In this document: positions 16,986 to 20,000 of the stretch, one piece after another
Position numbering within the stretch: position 1 is the stretch's first letter
Layout of the letters: each line of letters opens with the position of its first letter
NCBI GenBank assembly: GCA_013151235.1
Contig: JAADIO010000046.1
Coordinates: 48,455-68,454 of the forward strand
Reading direction: 5' to 3'
Length of the DNA stretch: 20,000 nt
Source of the DNA: Deltaproteobacteria bacterium
GTDB lineage: Bacteria > CG2-30-53-67
Program-made: the position numbers and the translations under genes
The notes under the pieces: model-generated
What the model saw: only the letters and a program-made list of their open reading frames with translations
The model's database searches: none
Told to the model about the DNA's origin: nothing

Positions 16986-17426
16986 ATGTCCAACGTTCGT
17001 AAAATTCTTGTTGCCGTTGATTTCAGTGAGGATTCGAAAAAGACCCTCCGATATGCCTTTGATTTTTTTAAAGGGGGGGGCGTTGAGATGCATGTCGTCC
17101 ATGTCATCTACGACCCGCTGCCTGAAGGTTCCTACATTCCCCATCGCTCCGTCGACGAAATGGAAAAGTCCGTTGTCGATTTGACCATGGAGGAACTGAA
17201 GAAGTTTATCTCCCGGAAAATCCTGAACAGTGGTGAAAACATAGAGCCGGTCGTTCTGCGTGGTACCCCCTATGCCGAACTGATCGGTTATGCCAAGAAA
17301 TATGGTGCCGAGCTGATCGTTATCGGAAGTCAGGGAATGAGCCGTCTGGAGAAGATGCTCCTCGGGAACGTGACCGACAAGGTCGTCCGCAAATCCCCCA
17401 TCCCCGTCATGGTCTATAAAGGATAG
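16986..17426 (+). CDS. Universal stress protein (UspA family)
   Basis: Motifs KILVAVDFSEDS, VVHV, G.PY.ELI.YA, LIVIGSQG..LLGNVTDKVVRKSPIPVMV. Confidence 0.95.
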   Translation: MSNVRKILVAVDFSEDSKKTLRYAFDFFKGGGVEMHVVHVIYDPLPEGSYIPHRSVDEMEKSVVDLTMEELKKFISRKILNSGENIEPVVLRGTPYAELIGYAKKYGAELIVIGSQGMSRLEKMLLGNVTDKVVRKSPIPVMVYKG

Positions 17427-17473
17427 ACTGTATTCCGGCAGGCCATTTCTCTCTTTCTTCTTTGAGGATATTC

Positions 17474-18907
17474 ATGAGTGACAAGATCCGTGTCCGTTTT
17501 GCCCCGAGCCCCACGGGGTATCTCCACATCGGAGGGGTCCGTACGGCTCTTTTTAACTACCTCTATGCCCGGAAAGAGGGGGGTACCTTCGTTCTCCGGA
17601 TTGAAGATACCGATGCGGAACGCTCTACGGAGGAATCGACGCAGGCGATCCTCGACGGGATGGAATGGCTCGGTCTTGACTATGACGAAGGACCGCTCCA
17701 CCAGAGTGACCGTCTCGACCTCTACCAGGAGCACATCGACCGGTTGCTCAACGAAGGGAAGGCTTATCCCTGCTACTGCTCCAAAGAGGAACTGGAGGAA
17801 CGGCGCAAACAGGCCCTGAAAGAGGGGCGGGATCCGAAGTATGACGGCCGGTGCCGGGGAGGGGCCGATCCCGTTCCCGGACGGGAGCCGGCGATCCGTT
17901 TCAAGGCGCCCCACACGGGAACGACCGTCGTCCACGACCTCATCCGGGGAGATATTGTATTCGACAACAGTCAGGTGGATGACCTCATCATCCGGCGCTC
18001 CTTTGGAATGCCGACCTATAATCTCTGTGTTGTTGTTGATGATGCCCTGATGGGGATGACCCATATCATCCGGGGCGATGACCACCTGACGAATACCCCG
18101 AAACAGATCCTCCTTTACGAGGCGCTGGGATACGAACCGCCGAAGTATGCCCACGTCCCGATGATCCTCGGCGCCGACAAGACCCGTCTTTCCAAGCGGC
18201 ACGGTGCGACCTCGATTATGGCCTACAAGGAGATGGGCTACCTTCCGGAGGCAATGCTCAACTACCTGGCGCGGTTAGGTTGGGGGCACGGCGACGAAGA
18301 GATTTTTTCCCTTGAAGAGCTGGTCGAGAAATTTTCCCTCAAGGGGATTAATAGATCACCGGCCGTTTTCAACCCGGAAAAGCTCCTCTGGCTCAACCAT
18401 CACTATATAAAGACGGGAGACCCGAAACGGCTGGCCCGGCTTTTCCATGAGATACTCGTCGAAAAGGGGATCCTGAATGTTCCTTTGGGCGACGACCGGC
18501 GGGAGTGGCTCGAGGAGATCGTTAAATGTCAGCAGGAAAAGCGGAAGACCCTCGTGGAAATGGTGGAGCAATCGACCTATTTCTTCCGGGACGATTTCGA
18601 GATCGAGGAGAAGGCCGGTAAAAAGGTTCTCAAACCGGCGGCCCGGTCCATCCTTTGGAAATTCAAGACAAAGCTTTCCGGATTGGAAGCCTTCACGGAG
18701 GAGGCCTTGGAGTCGGTCTTTAAGCAGATCATGGAGGAAGAGGATCTGAAATTGGGCAAGATCGCCCAGCCGCTTCGCGTCGCACTGACCGGTGGGACCG
18801 TGAGCCCCGGGATTTTTGAACTCGTCTCGATTCTCGGGAAAGAGAGCGTACTCGCCAGGATCGACCGTGCAATCGTCTATATGGATTCCCGCCCTGATCC
18901 AGCCTGA
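17474..18907 (+). CDS. gltX: Glutamate--tRNA ligase
   Basis: Motifs RVRFAPSPTGYLHIGG, LRIEDTD, AYPCYC, HIIRGDDH, RLSKRHG, PLRVALTG..SPGIFE. GAGG RBS. Confidence 0.98.
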   Translation: MSDKIRVRFAPSPTGYLHIGGVRTALFNYLYARKEGGTFVLRIEDTDAERSTEESTQAILDGMEWLGLDYDEGPLHQSDRLDLYQEHIDRLLNEGKAYPCYCSKEELEERRKQALKEGRDPKYDGRCRGGADPVPGREPAIRFKAPHTGTTVVHDLIRGDIVFDNSQVDDLIIRRSFGMPTYNLCVVVDDALMGMTHIIRGDDHLTNTPKQILLYEALGYEPPKYAHVPMILGADKTRLSKRHGATSIMAYKEMGYLPEAMLNYLARLGWGHGDEEIFSLEELVEKFSLKGINRSPAVFNPEKLLWLNHHYIKTGDPKRLARLFHEILVEKGILNVPLGDDRREWLEEIVKCQQEKRKTLVEMVEQSTYFFRDDFEIEEKAGKKVLKPAARSILWKFKTKLSGLEAFTEEALESVFKQIMEEEDLKLGKIAQPLRVALTGGTVSPGIFELVSILGKESVLARIDRAIVYMDSRPDPA

Positions 18908-18913
18908 TTTTTC

Positions 18914-18942
18914 TTGACAGAAAAAACCGGTTTTGTTAAATT
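18914..18942 (+). promoter_or_regulatory. Sigma-70 promoter of the tRNA pair
   Basis: TTGACA-17bp-TAAATT with extended TG, 11 bp before tRNA-Gln. Confidence 0.75.
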
Positions 18943-18953
18943 TCAAAACTTAT

Positions 18954-19027
18954 TCGGGTGTCGTCCAATGGTAGGACACCAGACTCTGGATCTGGCTATC
19001 GAGGTTCGAATCCTTGCACCCGAGCCA
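18954..19027 (+). tRNA. tRNA-Gln (anticodon CTG)
   Basis: Acceptor TCGGGTG/CACCCGA; anticodon arm CCAGA-CT CTG GA-TCTGG; GGTTCGAATCC; encoded CCA. Confidence 0.97.
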
Positions 19028-19029
19028 GT

Positions 19030-19104
19030 GGTCCCATCGTCTAGTGGTTAGGACGCCGGCCTCTCACGCCGGTAACGCGGGTTCGAATCCCGCTGGGATC
19101 ACCA
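19030..19104 (+). tRNA. tRNA-Glu (anticodon CTC)
   Basis: Acceptor GGTCCCA/TGGGATC; anticodon arm CCGGC-CT CTC AC-GCCGG; GGTTCGAATCC; encoded CCA. Confidence 0.97.
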
Positions 19105-19239
19105 AAAATTCTTCTTATTCTTCTTGTCCTCCGGATCACTGCTTCTATTCCCGTCCGACGTGGTGGGATTCGGTCGTATAAGGAACGTTTCATTTATCCC
19201 CGTTCACCGGGCCTTCGGCCCTTGCTCACGGTTGCACGG

Positions 19240-19270
19240 TCGAATCCCGCTGGGATCACCAAAAATTCTT
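19240..19270 (+). repeat. Exact 31-bp direct repeat of the tRNA-Glu 3' end (att-like)
   Basis: TCGAATCCCGCTGGGATCACCAAAAATTCTT occurs at 19083-19113 and 19240-19270. Confidence 0.93.
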
Positions 19271-19748
19271 TGTACAACAAAGAATTTTTGCTCTCCAATG
19301 ATCTACCGAACCCCTCAATCTTTAGAAAAATAGACGTCGGTTTTTTCGATTTCTGAAAAAGTACGGAAAAGCGGTCTGTCGCTATGCGATATCGGTACCG
19401 CACGGCATCTCTGCCGTACGATGGAGCTGAACGAACATTACGAAGAGGTCCTGACATTTACCGCGAGTCTCTAAAAGGAACAGAAACGGAAGGGGACGAA
19501 GATCCCCTATCTCTCCCCTGTCAGCCACTTGTCGATACACGGTGAAATGGTTCTTGGTTCAGTTAGACGACCGGTTTCTCCGGTTCGTTCCTTCCATTCA
19601 AGCCTTAGAAGTAGATATTGCTTGTTTTTTATCCCTTGGCTCGTTATGATCCATCCACTGAGGAATCCGGGAATTTCAATTCATTCAAATTCGCCAATCA
19701 AAGATATGCCATGAACTGAAAAATGTTTTTGGAGGGGGTGGTATCGTG

Positions 19749-19793
19749 AAAGCCGTTTCTGCTTCACAGAGGTGAAAAAGAAGCGGCTTTTTT
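19749..19793 (+). terminator. Long hairpin with T-tract (terminator-like)
   Basis: Outer stem AAAGCCGTTTCT..AGAAGCGGCTTT, inner stem TTCAC-agag-GTGAA, ending in a 6-T run. Confidence 0.55.
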
Positions 19794-20000
19794 GTCTTTC
19801 CCGGACATGATCTGTCCGGTATTGGATGGTAAGATCGTTGCATGATCTCTCCGAACAATGAAAGAGATTTCTTCCGGGTCCGTGAGGCGAAAAAGATCGG
19901 GATTGACTTGATCGGGGGAAAAGGGGTAATCCTGTTTGGGGTTTTACCTCCTTGATCTCCTCTAATCGGGAAGAGGTCAGGGTTTTGCCTCCTTCATCCC

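Noticed and set aside
19185-19261. Third tRNA gene
   Set aside because: Only the T-loop/acceptor 3' half matches. There is no 5' acceptor strand, D-arm or anticodon arm.
19083-19270. CRISPR array
   Set aside because: Only two copies, a 126-bp spacer, a tRNA-derived repeat and no cas genes.
19124-19714. Short ORFs 19124-19333, 19194-19457, 19529-19714
   Set aside because: Weak starts, no RBS, atypical composition, and they overlap repeat/structured DNA.

Overview
Bacterial, moderately GC-rich housekeeping and bioenergetics region. Gene order and style suggest a Deltaproteobacteria/Nitrospirota-like organism (inference). Contents in order: the 3' part of a complex I operon, nuo(C)DHIJKLMN, with no nuoEFG between D and H; a Cys-cluster hypothetical gene; a convergent GGEEF diguanylate cyclase with a consensus sigma-54 promoter; a geranylgeranyl-reductase-family flavoprotein; two tandem CNNM/CorB-type (DUF21-CBS-CorC) genes; a split Fo operon (atpZ-atpI-atpB-atpE); a universal stress protein; gltX; tRNA-Gln(CUG) and tRNA-Glu(CUC); then an AT-richer, largely non-coding tail. 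Best observations: (1) NuoL has a tandem 26-aa duplication in its lateral amphipathic helix, the hallmark of '2M' complex I, yet the operon has only one nuoM. (2) A 155-bp MITE with TIRs and a 6-bp target duplication sits between nuoI and nuoJ and carries nested REP-like units around a perfect IHF site. (3) A 31-bp exact duplication of the tRNA-Glu 3' end lies 157 bp downstream, embedded in a long G-U-rich fold-back.
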